This document shows, one piece after another, positions 29,680 to 40,238 of a stretch of DNA of 64,000 nt (position 1 is the stretch's first letter; every line of letters begins with the position of its first letter). The stretch lies in IMG/VR virus record IMGVR_UViG_3300020122_000238, positions 1-64,000 of that record; one strand, given 5' to 3'. The translations under genes were made by a program, and so were the position numbers. The notes beneath the pieces were generated by a model, which worked only from the letters and a program-made list of their open reading frames with translations, did no database searches and had not been told where the DNA came from.

Positions 29680-32600
29680 ATGGCATCCCCCAAAACCAAA
29701 GCTGAGAATGCTGGGACGAGCCTTGCAGCGCTCGTTCGAACAGCAGGGCAGCAGGCAAAGACAACGGTTGTTGAGAACCTCGAAAAGGAGGCCCTCTCCC
29801 AAATCGAGGTCGTCGATGGGGACCCCCCGGCTCAAGTACGGCCCGCGACGGCTCGTATTTTCAGCATCCTCGACTACATCGAACAGCCTTGGGGGTTGAA
29901 TCTCACCCTCTATCCTGTCCAGAAATTCATCGTCAAGCTCTACTACCACCTACCGTTGGAAAGCAAGGTCAAGACCATTGAGGTCAAGGACATGTTCAAT
30001 ACGGTTCTGTTGCACCATTTCACCGAAGTGGAGTACCTCAAGTTCTTGTACGAAGATGGCCGTTGCAACATCGGCGTACAGGATCATATACGCCGAGAAC
30101 TCCTACTTTCCATAGGTCGTCGTGGGGGAAAATGTGTTACAGGTGACACATTGGTCCTCACCGACCATGGTATCATTCCTATTGAAGAGCTGGGTACAGC
30201 TTCGAAAGAGGACTTCTCTGAATTGAAAGTTGGTGTTGCTCAGGAAGGATCTACCTTGTCTGAGTCCTCCCACTTCTACAATGGTGGGGTGAAGCCGACA
30301 TACCGTCTTCGTACGAAGGCTGGGTATTCGATCTGCGGTACGGGAAATCACCGCGTTCGAGTCATGACTTCCTCAGGCAAAGTCGACTGGCGGTATCTCG
30401 ATGAGCTACGTCAAGGAGACTTCGTCGCGATCCATCGTGGGACGGACTTGTGGGCTTCCGAGAATCTCGACCTTGAGCCTTTCCACAACGGAGATGGTCA
30501 CAAGGATGTCAAGCTTCCTGGTGTTCTGGATGAGAAGCTTGGAAACCTGCTCGGGTATCTAGTCGGGGATGGTACTTGGGGGGACGGGCACGCTATCTCT
30601 CTCACGGTCGAGCACCACGAGACGTGGCGTCATCTTCGATCTCTCATTTCAGAAGTGTTCGGGGCTCCCCGCGTCCAGATGGACAAGCGGACGAAGAATA
30701 CAGGGCGGATCGAGTTCTGTAGCGTCCGAGCCCGAAGGTTCCTTGACGCATTGGGGTGGTCTCTCGATTGTACCCGAGACACCAAGATGATCCCTTGGGC
30801 CATCCTACGGTCTCCCAAGACGGTCGTCTGTGCCTTCCTCAGGGGTCTTTTTGAGACGGACGGCTGCGCTGAGTCTGGTGGGAGGAAGGTTACTTTCTCC
30901 ACCGCCAGCTTCCAGTTGGCTCATGAGGTTCAGGTAGTTCTCTTGAACCTTGGGATTGTGTCTAGTGTTCACCGTAAATGGAACACCAAGACTGAGCGTT
31001 ATTACGCTTATCTGAATTTGCTTGGGGTTCGATCTCGACGTCGGTTCGCAGAACTCGTCGGATTTGATTCGCTTAAAAAGCAACGCCCCCTGCTTGCATC
31101 TCTTCTCGTTGCTGAGGAAGGGAAGTCGGATACAGAGAGCATTCCTCATCAGTACCGAAGGGTGCGAGATCTTCTTGAGTCTATTCCCAAGCGGAACCCG
31201 AGTCGTGGCGAGATGGGCTGGGGTCGATCGAAGCTCCGCCAGGCTATTGGTAATACCTGCAAGCCTGGTTCTGGGGAAGACTTGACGTATCATCGTCTAG
31301 CCAAAGCAATCAAAATCGCAGATGAGCTGGCGGCGAGGCATACCGAGATTGCTCATTTCGAAGAGCTTCTTCGTCTCGATTACTTTTACGATCCAGTGAC
31401 TTCTGTGGAAGAAGGGGAGGATCAGGTCTACGATCTCTCTGTCCCTGTGGGTACATCCTTTGTTGCCAACGGGATGACGAACCACAACACAACATTATCG
31501 GGAATTTTCGCGAGCTATGAGGTCTACCGACTTCTGAATTTGGGGAACCCCCAAGGATACTACGGTCTTCCGAACGGTAACCGTATTCAGATCGTCAGCA
31601 TCGCGACGGACAAGGATCAGGCAGGTCTTCTCTTCAACGAGGTGACCTCACACTTGAGTCGTTGCGAGTACTTCAAGCCCTACATCGCCAACAACACCCT
31701 GAGCCACATTCAGTTCAGGACCCCCCACGACATCGAGAAGTACGGGGCGACAAGCCGGCACGAGAACGGCAAGTTCACCTCGTTCAACGGCAAGGCGACC
31801 ATGAGGGTCACCTTCAAGTCCTGTATCGCGAAGGGGCTTCGTGGCGCGGGTAATGCTGTCGTCATCATGGACGAGATGGCCCACTTCAAGGACACGGGGC
31901 AGTCGAGTGCGAAGGACATCTACGACGCCGTCACTCCTTCTACCGCCGCTTTCTCCCCGAAGGACCCCAACGACACGACGAAGCCAATTGGTGACGTCGA
32001 GGCTCGGGTTATCGCTATTTCGTCGCCTCTCAACAAGCAGGGGAAGTTCTACGAGCTGTATCACCAAGCAATGAGCGGAGGTGAGCCGGCCAAGAATATG
32101 ATCGCGATTCAAGCTCCGACATGGGAAATCAATCCCACGGTTCCTGCCGACTACTACCGGCAGAAGTACCACGCCGATCCTCTGGTCTTCATGACCGAGC
32201 ACGGGGCGCAATTCTCTGATCGTGTCCGTGGTTGGATCGAACGAGAGGTGGATCTCCTGGACTGCATTGATGCAAACCTACGTCCCAAGGAGGCGGGGCG
32301 TCCTCGTGAACCACACCAGATGGGGATCGACATCGGGCTCATGGGGGACGGGACGTCGATTTTCATCACTCATGTCGAGAACAACGAGATCGTTCTGGAC
32401 TACCATGAGTCGTGGTATGCTGGTGTGGACTGGCGTGAGACGAATTCCCATCTTGGGGGTTCCCCCTCGATGGCCTATGCCCGCGGCCTGAAGGACGTCG
32501 AGCGCCTGGACTTCGAGGAGATCGGGAACTGGATCGAGAACCTGACCAAGAGGTTCTTCATCACCGCCGGGATCTTCGACCGTTGGAACGGTATCCCGCT

Positions 32601-33072
32601 GGAGCAGGCTCTCAACAAGAAGGGGCTCAAGCAGTTCAAGTCGGAACACTTCAAGCGCGACTTGTCGAGCCAGATATACCAGAACACGAAGCTCATGATG
32701 TTCGACCGGAAGCTCCGTCTCTATGACTGGCCCAAGGCCACGGTCGGGAACCGGCACTCTCCTTTCATTCAGGAGTTGCTGGGCCTTCAGGCTGAACAGG
32801 TCTCTCGGAACTTGGTCATCGTCTCGGCTTCTGAGACGGTTGGCCAGCATGACGACATGGCTGACGCCTTCGTTCGAGCCGTGTGGCTGTCTGCTCAGCG
32901 CATGACGAATACCCGGCTCGCTCTTGGTCCTTCGGACAGTCGCGGTCAGACGGGGATGGGCATGTCGCTCGCTCGCTACCAGATGGCTCGAGCCCGCAAC
33001 CACGGTGGGTTCTCACAGCGGGTCGTGCCGAGGGGCAGCGGCATGGGGCTTCGGTCGCGAGGAGGCCGGTAG
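29680..33072 (+). CDS. terL: Terminase large subunit, intein-containing
   Basis: Walker A GRRGGK|TT interrupted by the intein, Walker B VIMDEMAH, ISSP, nuclease GIDIG...HDDMADA. Confidence 0.92.
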   Translation: MASPKTKAENAGTSLAALVRTAGQQAKTTVVENLEKEALSQIEVVDGDPPAQVRPATARIFSILDYIEQPWGLNLTLYPVQKFIVKLYYHLPLESKVKTIEVKDMFNTVLLHHFTEVEYLKFLYEDGRCNIGVQDHIRRELLLSIGRRGGKCVTGDTLVLTDHGIIPIEELGTASKEDFSELKVGVAQEGSTLSESSHFYNGGVKPTYRLRTKAGYSICGTGNHRVRVMTSSGKVDWRYLDELRQGDFVAIHRGTDLWASENLDLEPFHNGDGHKDVKLPGVLDEKLGNLLGYLVGDGTWGDGHAISLTVEHHETWRHLRSLISEVFGAPRVQMDKRTKNTGRIEFCSVRARRFLDALGWSLDCTRDTKMIPWAILRSPKTVVCAFLRGLFETDGCAESGGRKVTFSTASFQLAHEVQVVLLNLGIVSSVHRKWNTKTERYYAYLNLLGVRSRRRFAELVGFDSLKKQRPLLASLLVAEEGKSDTESIPHQYRRVRDLLESIPKRNPSRGEMGWGRSKLRQAIGNTCKPGSGEDLTYHRLAKAIKIADELAARHTEIAHFEELLRLDYFYDPVTSVEEGEDQVYDLSVPVGTSFVANGMTNHNTTLSGIFASYEVYRLLNLGNPQGYYGLPNGNRIQIVSIATDKDQAGLLFNEVTSHLSRCEYFKPYIANNTLSHIQFRTPHDIEKYGATSRHENGKFTSFNGKATMRVTFKSCIAKGLRGAGNAVVIMDEMAHFKDTGQSSAKDIYDAVTPSTAAFSPKDPNDTTKPIGDVEARVIAISSPLNKQGKFYELYHQAMSGGEPAKNMIAIQAPTWEINPTVPADYYRQKYHADPLVFMTEHGAQFSDRVRGWIEREVDLLDCIDANLRPKEAGRPREPHQMGIDIGLMGDGTSIFITHVENNEIVLDYHESWYAGVDWRETNSHLGGSPSMAYARGLKDVERLDFEEIGNWIENLTKRFFITAGIFDRWNGIPLEQALNKKGLKQFKSEHFKRDLSSQIYQNTKLMMFDRKLRLYDWPKATVGNRHSPFIQELLGLQAEQVSRNLVIVSASETVGQHDDMADAFVRAVWLSAQRMTNTRLALGPSDSRGQTGMGMSLARYQMARARNHGGFSQRVVPRGSGMGLRSRGGR
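30133..31488 (+). mobile_element. Intein with LAGLIDADG homing endonuclease (452 aa)
   Basis: Starts CVTGDT, block B TGNH, LLGYLVGDG and FLRGLFETDG, ends VYDLSV...ANGMTNHN followed by Thr+1. Confidence 0.95.
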
Positions 33073-33327
33073 GTGAACGATCGGCCCGACCCTCCTCGTG
33101 TCTTTGCGAATCGTGTCATCAGGCAGATGATTGATCACATGCTGGCGGAGGACATGATCGCAGAGCCCAAGGACTATCTCACCATGCGGACGGCCTTCCG
33201 AGCCAAAGGAGGGTCGTGGAGTGCGATTGGTGAAGGGTCGACGAAGGACCTGGAAACCCTCAAGGACATCGTCATTGAATGGGGGCAGATGCCCGACCGT
33301 GAGAAGGAATCGGACAGGGAAATCTGA
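33073..33327 (+). CDS. Hypothetical protein
   Basis: 84-aa ORF tightly packed after terL. Confidence 0.65.
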   Translation: MNDRPDPPRVFANRVIRQMIDHMLAEDMIAEPKDYLTMRTAFRAKGGSWSAIGEGSTKDLETLKDIVIEWGQMPDREKESDREI

Positions 33328-33848
33328 TGCCTGAGCTACCTCGTACCAGGGACTCCTATACCCTCTCGAAGGGGGATACATTCACCGTCACGATCACGGA
33401 CCGTATGGCTGTGGGTGGCTGGAAGGGTGGGCAGGGGGTTCAGTACACCTCCTCGGCCAAGGATGAGGTGACGGTCGATTACTCGGATGGGCTCTACGCG
33501 GGGTTCATGCTTTGGGGGTCCGACGAATCTTCGGACAAATTTACGGCGATGACGCAGAATCAGCCTGCGTACAAGTTCGTCGTTGTCGGGGCTGGGGGCT
33601 GGGTCATCATGACGACAACCTACGAGAAGTACACATACGCTTCTCGCATGGCAGGTCCTCCGTACGTGCCCATCGAATACCACGCCAGCGACCGGATGGT
33701 GTTCTCGCTTCGGGGGTACTGGACGAACGAGGATGAGTGGACTCTCTCGGGGGACCCGCGGGGAGCCAACAACTACTACATCGGCTTCCTGATCCAACGC
33801 CCTACTCCAGCTCGAAACGAGTATATGACACTCCAGGTCAGCATTTAG
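33327..33848 (+). CDS. Decoration-like virion protein, paralogue 1
   Basis: Shares GWxGGQ, WGSxE, TAMT, EKYTY, SLRGYWTxEDE with the next two genes. Confidence 0.75.
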   Translation: MPELPRTRDSYTLSKGDTFTVTITDRMAVGGWKGGQGVQYTSSAKDEVTVDYSDGLYAGFMLWGSDESSDKFTAMTQNQPAYKFVVVGAGGWVIMTTTYEKYTYASRMAGPPYVPIEYHASDRMVFSLRGYWTNEDEWTLSGDPRGANNYYIGFLIQRPTPARNEYMTLQVSI

Positions 33849-34364
33849 ATGGAAATCGAACGAACCCGTGACGTCATCGTACTCGTTTCAGGCACGGCCA
33901 ATCCCGTTGTCGTTGATGCCCTGATGGCCTCTCAAGGCTGGCCTGGGGGGCAAGCCGTAACGTGGAAAGACAGCCCTGACGACACCTTCATGGTCACGTT
34001 TTCGGACGGGACCTACGGGGGCTTCTTGCTGTGGGGGTCGAACGAGGCGGCCGACCAGCTCACGGCGATGACGGGGCAACAGTCGATCTACAGATACGCG
34101 ACCCTGTGCTCGGGGACCTGGATCATCTCGACTTCGACCTTCGAGAAGTACACATACACGAGTCGAATGGCTGGCCCTCTTGTCGAGAACCTGTACGTTG
34201 AAGGGGGGCGGTTGACCTTCTCGCTTCGAGGGTACTGGACTGTTGAGGATGAATGGACGCTTTCGGGGGACCCTCGCGCTCCCAACGACTACTTCATCGG
34301 GTATGTTGCTCAGGCTCCGAGCCTAATCACCAAAAACTACTTGACGGTTCAAACCTCGATCTGA
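33849..34364 (+). CDS. Decoration-like virion protein, paralogue 2
   Basis: Same motif set. Confidence 0.75.
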   Translation: MEIERTRDVIVLVSGTANPVVVDALMASQGWPGGQAVTWKDSPDDTFMVTFSDGTYGGFLLWGSNEAADQLTAMTGQQSIYRYATLCSGTWIISTSTFEKYTYTSRMAGPLVENLYVEGGRLTFSLRGYWTVEDEWTLSGDPRAPNDYFIGYVAQAPSLITKNYLTVQTSI

Positions 34365-34366
34365 CC

Positions 34367-34900
34367 ATGGACATCAACTTCCGAGGGATCGATATCATCC
34401 GGGGTCGTGACTGCACGATCTTCATCAAGGGGGATACCTACGCTGTGACTGTGGACTCTGCCCTGCTCGCGAATGGGTGGGTTGGGGGTCAAGGTGTGCA
34501 GTGGGTGGACTCGGATACGGATGAGCGAGTCGTTACGTATTCCAAGGGGTTGTACGGAGGGATTCTCATTTGGGGGTCCGACGAGCAGGGGGATCGCTAC
34601 ACAGCAATGACCCAACAACAGCTCGTCTACTCGACGGCTGTGATGATGGTGGGCCGGGGGCTCATCTCGACTCTTGCTTATGAGAAGTACACGTATGCAA
34701 GTCGACTGATGGGGCCTCTCGTCCCCATCGTCTACATGCCGCACGACATCTTGTACTTGTCCCTCCGAGGGTACTGGACGAACGAGGATGAGCTGACGCT
34801 GTCTTCCGATCCTCTGGCCCCCTGCTTCTTCACGGGATTCGTGGCTCAAGTTCCGAAGGTCAACAACCAATTCCAGCTCGGCATTCAGACTTCGATGTGA
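34367..34900 (+). CDS. Decoration-like virion protein, paralogue 3
   Basis: Same motif set; start at ATG 34367. Confidence 0.75.
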   Translation: MDINFRGIDIIRGRDCTIFIKGDTYAVTVDSALLANGWVGGQGVQWVDSDTDERVVTYSKGLYGGILIWGSDEQGDRYTAMTQQQLVYSTAVMMVGRGLISTLAYEKYTYASRLMGPLVPIVYMPHDILYLSLRGYWTNEDELTLSSDPLAPCFFTGFVAQVPKVNNQFQLGIQTSM

Positions 34901-34933
34901 GGCTGTTTGTCGCCCGAGAGCATGTGAGTTTCG

Positions 34934-35359
34934 ATGCCGCACCAAAATCCCGCTCGTATGGCTCCCGAGGAGATTGTTCGCGAGATCCGGACCCTACAGA
35001 GTGGGATCGAGCAGAACACCTTGCGAATCTCGGAGTTGTCCTTGTCCCTCTACAGCAGGGCTCGCCGTCGGAAGCTGGCTCTACCTGGGCAAGAGGAGCC
35101 GAAAGACACGGTCCCCTACATCGTGTTCGCGAACTCGTGGGCGAGGATGTCCAGCTCTCTTCGTAACGGCGTGCAGAGGATGGCACGCACCGATAGGGTC
35201 TTCACTCGGCATACCATCCCCGACCTGGAAGAGACCCCCAAAAAGGAACGCCCCGCTGTTCTCCCGGTCTTGGCCCCGGAGTTCGAGGACGACGATCCGA
35301 TGGAAGACCTTGTGTCCCTCTATGGTGGGGAGATCGTAAACGATGCCCGCCCGCGGTAG
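34934..35359 (+). CDS. Hypothetical protein
   Basis: 141-aa ORF before the portal gene. Confidence 0.65.
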   Translation: MPHQNPARMAPEEIVREIRTLQSGIEQNTLRISELSLSLYSRARRRKLALPGQEEPKDTVPYIVFANSWARMSSSLRNGVQRMARTDRVFTRHTIPDLEETPKKERPAVLPVLAPEFEDDDPMEDLVSLYGGEIVNDARPR

Positions 35360-37181
35360 AATTTCCAACGCCACCACGCGATTCACTTCGATGCCGTCGC
35401 AAAACCGTCGGCATACAACTCCACATATTGCGCAGGGGGAAGGTGGGGGTCGTACCCCGCTCACCCCCAACGAGCGTGAAGCCCGGCGGCAGCAACGTGC
35501 CATACGTCAAAACAACCGCACCGCGGCGATGAATGGCGCGTTCTCGGTGGACAACATCGGGGGCTCCAACACGGTTCAGGCTGGAGCACAGCAGACGTTC
35601 TCCGTCCAGATGTCCACGGACTTTCTGGAGCTTCCGCAGTCGATTCAAGAGAAGCGGGAGATTTACAAGCACTTTTACAACTCGGATCCGATCGTTGGGC
35701 AGGCTATCGACCTGCACACGGAGCTGCCTCTCTCGAAGGTTCGTCTGGCTACTCCGAAGCCCACCACAACTCCGAAGGGTTTCAAGAGCCCCGAGGACTA
35801 CGGCAAGTACATCCTCTCTCGCTTCGAGAAGATGTGTAGGAAGGTGAAGCTGTTCCAGCGACTCATCACGGCTGTCCACCACTACTGGCTCGACGGGACA
35901 TGCTGCATCTTCGCTGAGGACTCGGATGTCCAGGTTCCGTCTGAAATTGGGTATGACCGTCAAGTTGAGCTTCGAAGCTCGATCGATGACGAAGGCAACC
36001 CGATTGAAACGAAGGAAGACATCTGGGTTGAGCGTCCTGATCGAGAAGAGCAGGAACTCGCGCATTACCAGAAGAACTACAAGGGGTGGGACCGGCTGAT
36101 CGTTGTCCCTGTCGACCAGATCCGAGTCACGGCGTGGTCGTTCTCCGACCGCTTTCGTGTGGAGCTGATTCCCTCGGACCGTGATCGGGCAATCGTCGAG
36201 CAGGCTCGCATGGGAGACCCGGATGCCGAAGAGATGGCCTCCGACATCCCTGATGAGGTTCGCGAGCACATCGAGGATGGGCGGCTCATCCCTCTTGGAA
36301 CGGACCCCGACGAGGGGAGCTTTGCGTTCATCCTGACAGGACGCAAACAAGCAGGGGAAGAGCTGGGGGCGAGCATCCTCGATCGTTGTTTGAGAACTTT
36401 ATTTTACCGAGAGAAGCTCCGCCAGGCGCAGACGCAGATCGCCAGCCGGGCCATGACTCCGAAGCGCATCGTGTGGGCCGAAGACATCTCGGACGACGAT
36501 TGCGAGCAGCTTCGAGAGCAGGTCGACCTTTCGTTGGTCGACCCCGACTACTCGATCGTGGCCAACTACGAGATCCACTGGGAAGAGATGGGGTCGAAGG
36601 ACCGCCTCTTGGACCTCTCGGGGGAGTACGAGATCACGGATCGCCAGCTCCACGCGGGGCTTGGCGTCACGGAATCGCTTCTCTCGGGGGAGTCTCTCTA
36701 CTCGGGAGACCGGCTCAAGCTGGAGGTCATCAACACCCGCTACTTGTTCCTCCGGGAGATCCTTCAGGAGTACGTCGAGGAGTACCTGTTCAAGCCGGTT
36801 GCCCGTCGCATGGGCTTCGTCGAGAAGGATGAATGGGGCGAAGAGGTCGTGCTTTTTCCCAAGCTGTCGTTCACCCGGCTACCTCTTCGAGACAGCCAAG
36901 ACACGTACGACGCGCTCTTCAACCTCTATCAAAAGGGCTCAATCTCGATCGATGTCATCCTGGAAATGTTCAACATCGACCCGAACGACACCAAGCTCAA
37001 GATCGAAAAGGATATGTTTACCACCAACGACGCGACCTTCAACGAGGTCATGCGTGGCATCTATGGTGCGGTGGGGCAAAAGCTGGCTGACTCGACGGAC
37101 GTCACTGAGAAGATCGCTGCCTACCTCAAGCTCAAGATGACGGCACAGCCTGAAGGCGAGGGTGAGGATCGATTTGGTTGA
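35343..37181 (+). CDS. Portal protein
   Basis: FYNSDPIVGQAIDLHTELPLS, GASIL, LGV.ESLLSGE; size and position between terL and the head genes. Confidence 0.8.
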   Translation: MPARGRISNATTRFTSMPSQNRRHTTPHIAQGEGGGRTPLTPNEREARRQQRAIRQNNRTAAMNGAFSVDNIGGSNTVQAGAQQTFSVQMSTDFLELPQSIQEKREIYKHFYNSDPIVGQAIDLHTELPLSKVRLATPKPTTTPKGFKSPEDYGKYILSRFEKMCRKVKLFQRLITAVHHYWLDGTCCIFAEDSDVQVPSEIGYDRQVELRSSIDDEGNPIETKEDIWVERPDREEQELAHYQKNYKGWDRLIVVPVDQIRVTAWSFSDRFRVELIPSDRDRAIVEQARMGDPDAEEMASDIPDEVREHIEDGRLIPLGTDPDEGSFAFILTGRKQAGEELGASILDRCLRTLFYREKLRQAQTQIASRAMTPKRIVWAEDISDDDCEQLREQVDLSLVDPDYSIVANYEIHWEEMGSKDRLLDLSGEYEITDRQLHAGLGVTESLLSGESLYSGDRLKLEVINTRYLFLREILQEYVEEYLFKPVARRMGFVEKDEWGEEVVLFPKLSFTRLPLRDSQDTYDALFNLYQKGSISIDVILEMFNIDPNDTKLKIEKDMFTTNDATFNEVMRGIYGAVGQKLADSTDVTEKIAAYLKLKMTAQPEGEGEDRFG

Positions 37182-37208
37182 TGTGTATCCTTCTATCAGG
37201 CGTGTCTG

Positions 37209-40181
37209 GTGATGTTGCATTGGGCGACGAAGGATACGCATGAGCGGGAAGAGGAAGAGGCCGAGCGCCTTGTCCGTCCCGCCCCGAAGATCAAGCCTCC
37301 TCGGCGGGATCGTCGGCGGGAACAGGTGCGTCCTGAATCTGATCCGGACCTGAAGAACGAGTCCTCCAAAGACTTTTCCCTCAACTACAAGGGTTCTTTG
37401 AAGGGTCGTATCGTCGATCGCTTCCTCGAAGCCGCGAAGGACAACGGGAAGGTCAAGGTCGTCCGCAAGGAGACCGGAGAGACCACCTACATCAAGCCGG
37501 AGACGTTGAAGCAACGCTCCGACGAGTACTCCTTGCCCGAGGATGGGGACTCGGGTCCGGCATGGGCGCCCGAGGATCACGAAGCCCACATGCAGGGCAA
37601 GAAGCTCTGGGATGCTTCGAAGGCTGATCCCGAGCTGGCGTCGGTCTTCAAAGATCTGCTCAACCCGACCTCGCAAGGTGGCGGGTATGTGGCGAAGAGC
37701 ACCCCCAATCTGCCCGCAGAGATCATGATGCGGGGGCGTCCTCTCCCCGAAGGCGTCAAGACTCTTGGGCAGCTCGTCAAGGTCTTGAACCAGGGGAAGA
37801 AGAACCCCCCCAAGGCTCAAGAAGCACCCAAAGCTCCGGAGCCCCCCAAGGCGGAAGCTCCGGAAGCAGAGAAGGGTCCTGAAGAGGCTCCGAAGGGTCT
37901 TCCCCCTTCGGAGCCTCTTCAGGACCCTGATGAAGCTTCCGAGAAGCCCAAGGAAGACGCGAAGAAGCCCGAGAAGGCTCCTGAAGAGCCTCCGAAGGGC
38001 AAGGGGAAGACTCCAGAGCCGAAGAGGCGTCAGGCGGAAGAGTGGGAGCACATGGCCGCGAAGTCGGCCATTCTCGAAAACCTACCCCGTGGCGCCATGC
38101 GGGAGGGCTTGCTCGATGCGAACCTCCATCCGGATGATGTGGCGGATATCCTCGCGACCTACCATGCGGCCCGCTCGGGGGACATGGGGGCAAAGGCGGC
38201 GGAGAAGCTGCTCGGGAAGGCTCGGCATTGGTTTCAGCCGGACCCCACGAAGGTGTCTCTACCGAAGACGGGGAAGGACCAGGCTGGGAATGAGGTCCCG
38301 TTCGCCGAGCTTTCGCCTGATGAGCAGGCTGAGGCTGGGGCTCAACACCGAAATCGAACGGTGGCTTTGAGTCTTGCTGCGCATGACCAGGTGACTCGGT
38401 CGCTCACCCGTACGTTGGGGGCTCCCCCGGCGTTGGCTGACTTACTTTCCGCCTTCCTTCTACAGCAGAAGCCGCCGAAGGAAGGCGAGAAGGTCGACCC
38501 CGAGAAGGATGCTGCTCAGTCGAAAGATCTTGCCTCGAAGGTCTTCCAGAAGGTTCTGATGGAGGGCAAGGATGAGAAGATCGCCCCGGGGACGATCAAG
38601 AACGTCCTGGAGTTCACCCAGAGCAACCCGGCAGCTGAGCGTCTCGCGGTCTCCTACTTCCAAGCTCGTGACTACCAGACAGCTCGGTCTCGATTTCTAG
38701 ACCCATCGTCTCCCGAGCACATCTCGGAGCACCAAGGACCTACGGACATTGCTCGTGGGGTGGTCGATGGCAGCCGGTTCCTCATGGATCGCTCTCGGCT
38801 TTACCCGCCCATGGCTATCACACAGGACCCTGCGGGAGCTTTCCGGAACCGAGTGCTGAAGCATGTTCAGACGCTCAACCCGGAGAAGTACCCCTTCGTT
38901 CGGAATCATGTCGACAAGTACGAACGTCAGCTCTTCGATTCGGAGACTGCCCGTCACGAGAAGCTCGTGACGCGGACCATGGATCGGTACGAGAAGGTTG
39001 TTCAGAAGGTTCTCGACAAGCACGACAAGAGTATTGAAAAGCTCCGCTCGAAACATGAGGGGACCCTCGACGAGTACAAGGAGAAGGCCAAGGTCTTCGA
39101 CAAGGACTACCGAAAATACGTCAAAGAGAAGGTCAAGTTCCAGAAGTTCGTGCAAGAAGCCATGCGCAAGGGGAAGGACTATCGCGAGTCTCCTACCCAG
39201 GGGATGGAGCCGCCGAAGCCCCCTGAGCCGCCGAAGCCCCCGCCGGATCTGGACTTGCCTGACGTCCCTGAACTGCCTCCGGAACCGGAACTCCCCGAGC
39301 CTCCGGCGAAGCCGGTCCGGTATGGGTTGGGGGATGAAGACCAGGAAGAGGAGCGGGAACGACTCTGGGACGAGCAAAATCGCCAGATGACGGCCTCGTT
39401 TTCTTCTTATTCAGGGAGCAAGTCGATGGGTCTTCAGAACCGCCAGGCTGTCTATTGGGGGGTTGCCCCCTACCCGAAGGGGCATGAGGGCTTCGCCCCC
39501 TATACGAAGTGGAATCAAGTCCACGATCGTGATCTTGGGGAGAAGGATTTCACGAAGGTCCTCAAGTCGGCAAGGGAGTGGCTCAAAGCCCCTGTGTTGT
39601 CGAAGTCTGTGGAAGGGATTGAGCGGGACACCCAGCTACGGGCCGCTCTTGACCTCGCCATTCAAACGCTCGAAGACGGGAGGTACTCTGCGGGTTTCGA
39701 CCCCAAGACGTACAACTCTCTTCTCGCTCGGTTGGTTGGGAAGTCCGAAGACGAAACGCTGTTGACGGTCCATGCAGCCGCTGCTCACGGATCCGTTTAT
39801 GTTGCTACAGGAGAAGAACCCATGAGCGCATCCGCCGTAATCCGCAAGCAGGCCGCCGAAATGGCATCCACCAACCCCTCCGCCGCGTACGATCTCATCG
39901 TCCTCGCGGACAAGGTCGCTCAGGAAGAGCAACAGGAGAAGGCTCAGCAGTCCCAGGAACAGCAGAAGCAGGGTGGACAGGTGCCTCCCCAGTTCCTTGA
40001 GCACATGAAGGGCAAGGGGGACAAGAAGGACGACCAGAAGGACGACCAGGGTCAGGAACAGCAGAAGCAGGCTGCCTCCTACCGTGCCTTGAAGGCGTCG
40101 GTCATCGACTTCGCCACGAAGAACCCGGCGATGCGTCCCCACATCCGGCCGATTCTCCAGACCATCAAGAACCTCGGCTGA
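37209..40181 (+). CDS. Large Pro/Lys/Glu-rich putative internal head protein
   Basis: 990 aa with low-complexity linkers and multiple KxA motifs. Confidence 0.75.
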   Translation: MMLHWATKDTHEREEEEAERLVRPAPKIKPPRRDRRREQVRPESDPDLKNESSKDFSLNYKGSLKGRIVDRFLEAAKDNGKVKVVRKETGETTYIKPETLKQRSDEYSLPEDGDSGPAWAPEDHEAHMQGKKLWDASKADPELASVFKDLLNPTSQGGGYVAKSTPNLPAEIMMRGRPLPEGVKTLGQLVKVLNQGKKNPPKAQEAPKAPEPPKAEAPEAEKGPEEAPKGLPPSEPLQDPDEASEKPKEDAKKPEKAPEEPPKGKGKTPEPKRRQAEEWEHMAAKSAILENLPRGAMREGLLDANLHPDDVADILATYHAARSGDMGAKAAEKLLGKARHWFQPDPTKVSLPKTGKDQAGNEVPFAELSPDEQAEAGAQHRNRTVALSLAAHDQVTRSLTRTLGAPPALADLLSAFLLQQKPPKEGEKVDPEKDAAQSKDLASKVFQKVLMEGKDEKIAPGTIKNVLEFTQSNPAAERLAVSYFQARDYQTARSRFLDPSSPEHISEHQGPTDIARGVVDGSRFLMDRSRLYPPMAITQDPAGAFRNRVLKHVQTLNPEKYPFVRNHVDKYERQLFDSETARHEKLVTRTMDRYEKVVQKVLDKHDKSIEKLRSKHEGTLDEYKEKAKVFDKDYRKYVKEKVKFQKFVQEAMRKGKDYRESPTQGMEPPKPPEPPKPPPDLDLPDVPELPPEPELPEPPAKPVRYGLGDEDQEEERERLWDEQNRQMTASFSSYSGSKSMGLQNRQAVYWGVAPYPKGHEGFAPYTKWNQVHDRDLGEKDFTKVLKSAREWLKAPVLSKSVEGIERDTQLRAALDLAIQTLEDGRYSAGFDPKTYNSLLARLVGKSEDETLLTVHAAAAHGSVYVATGEEPMSASAVIRKQAAEMASTNPSAAYDLIVLADKVAQEEQQEKAQQSQEQQKQGGQVPPQFLEHMKGKGDKKDDQKDDQGQEQQKQAASYRALKASVIDFATKNPAMRPHIRPILQTIKNLG

Positions 40182-40238
40182 GGGCCTGAGTCGCTCAGGG
40201 ATCCTGAGCGACCCCCTTCCACCCCCGGAGAATTCTCA

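Noticed and set aside
33327-34900. DGR template/variable repeats among the triplicated genes or MCP copies
   Set aside because: Differences are not adenine-specific and no reverse transcriptase is present in the window.
40190-40212. Hairpin GTCGCTCAGG-GAT-CCTGAGCGAC as a terminator
   Set aside because: No U-tract follows; it may be an mRNA stability or processing stem, but that cannot be supported from sequence.
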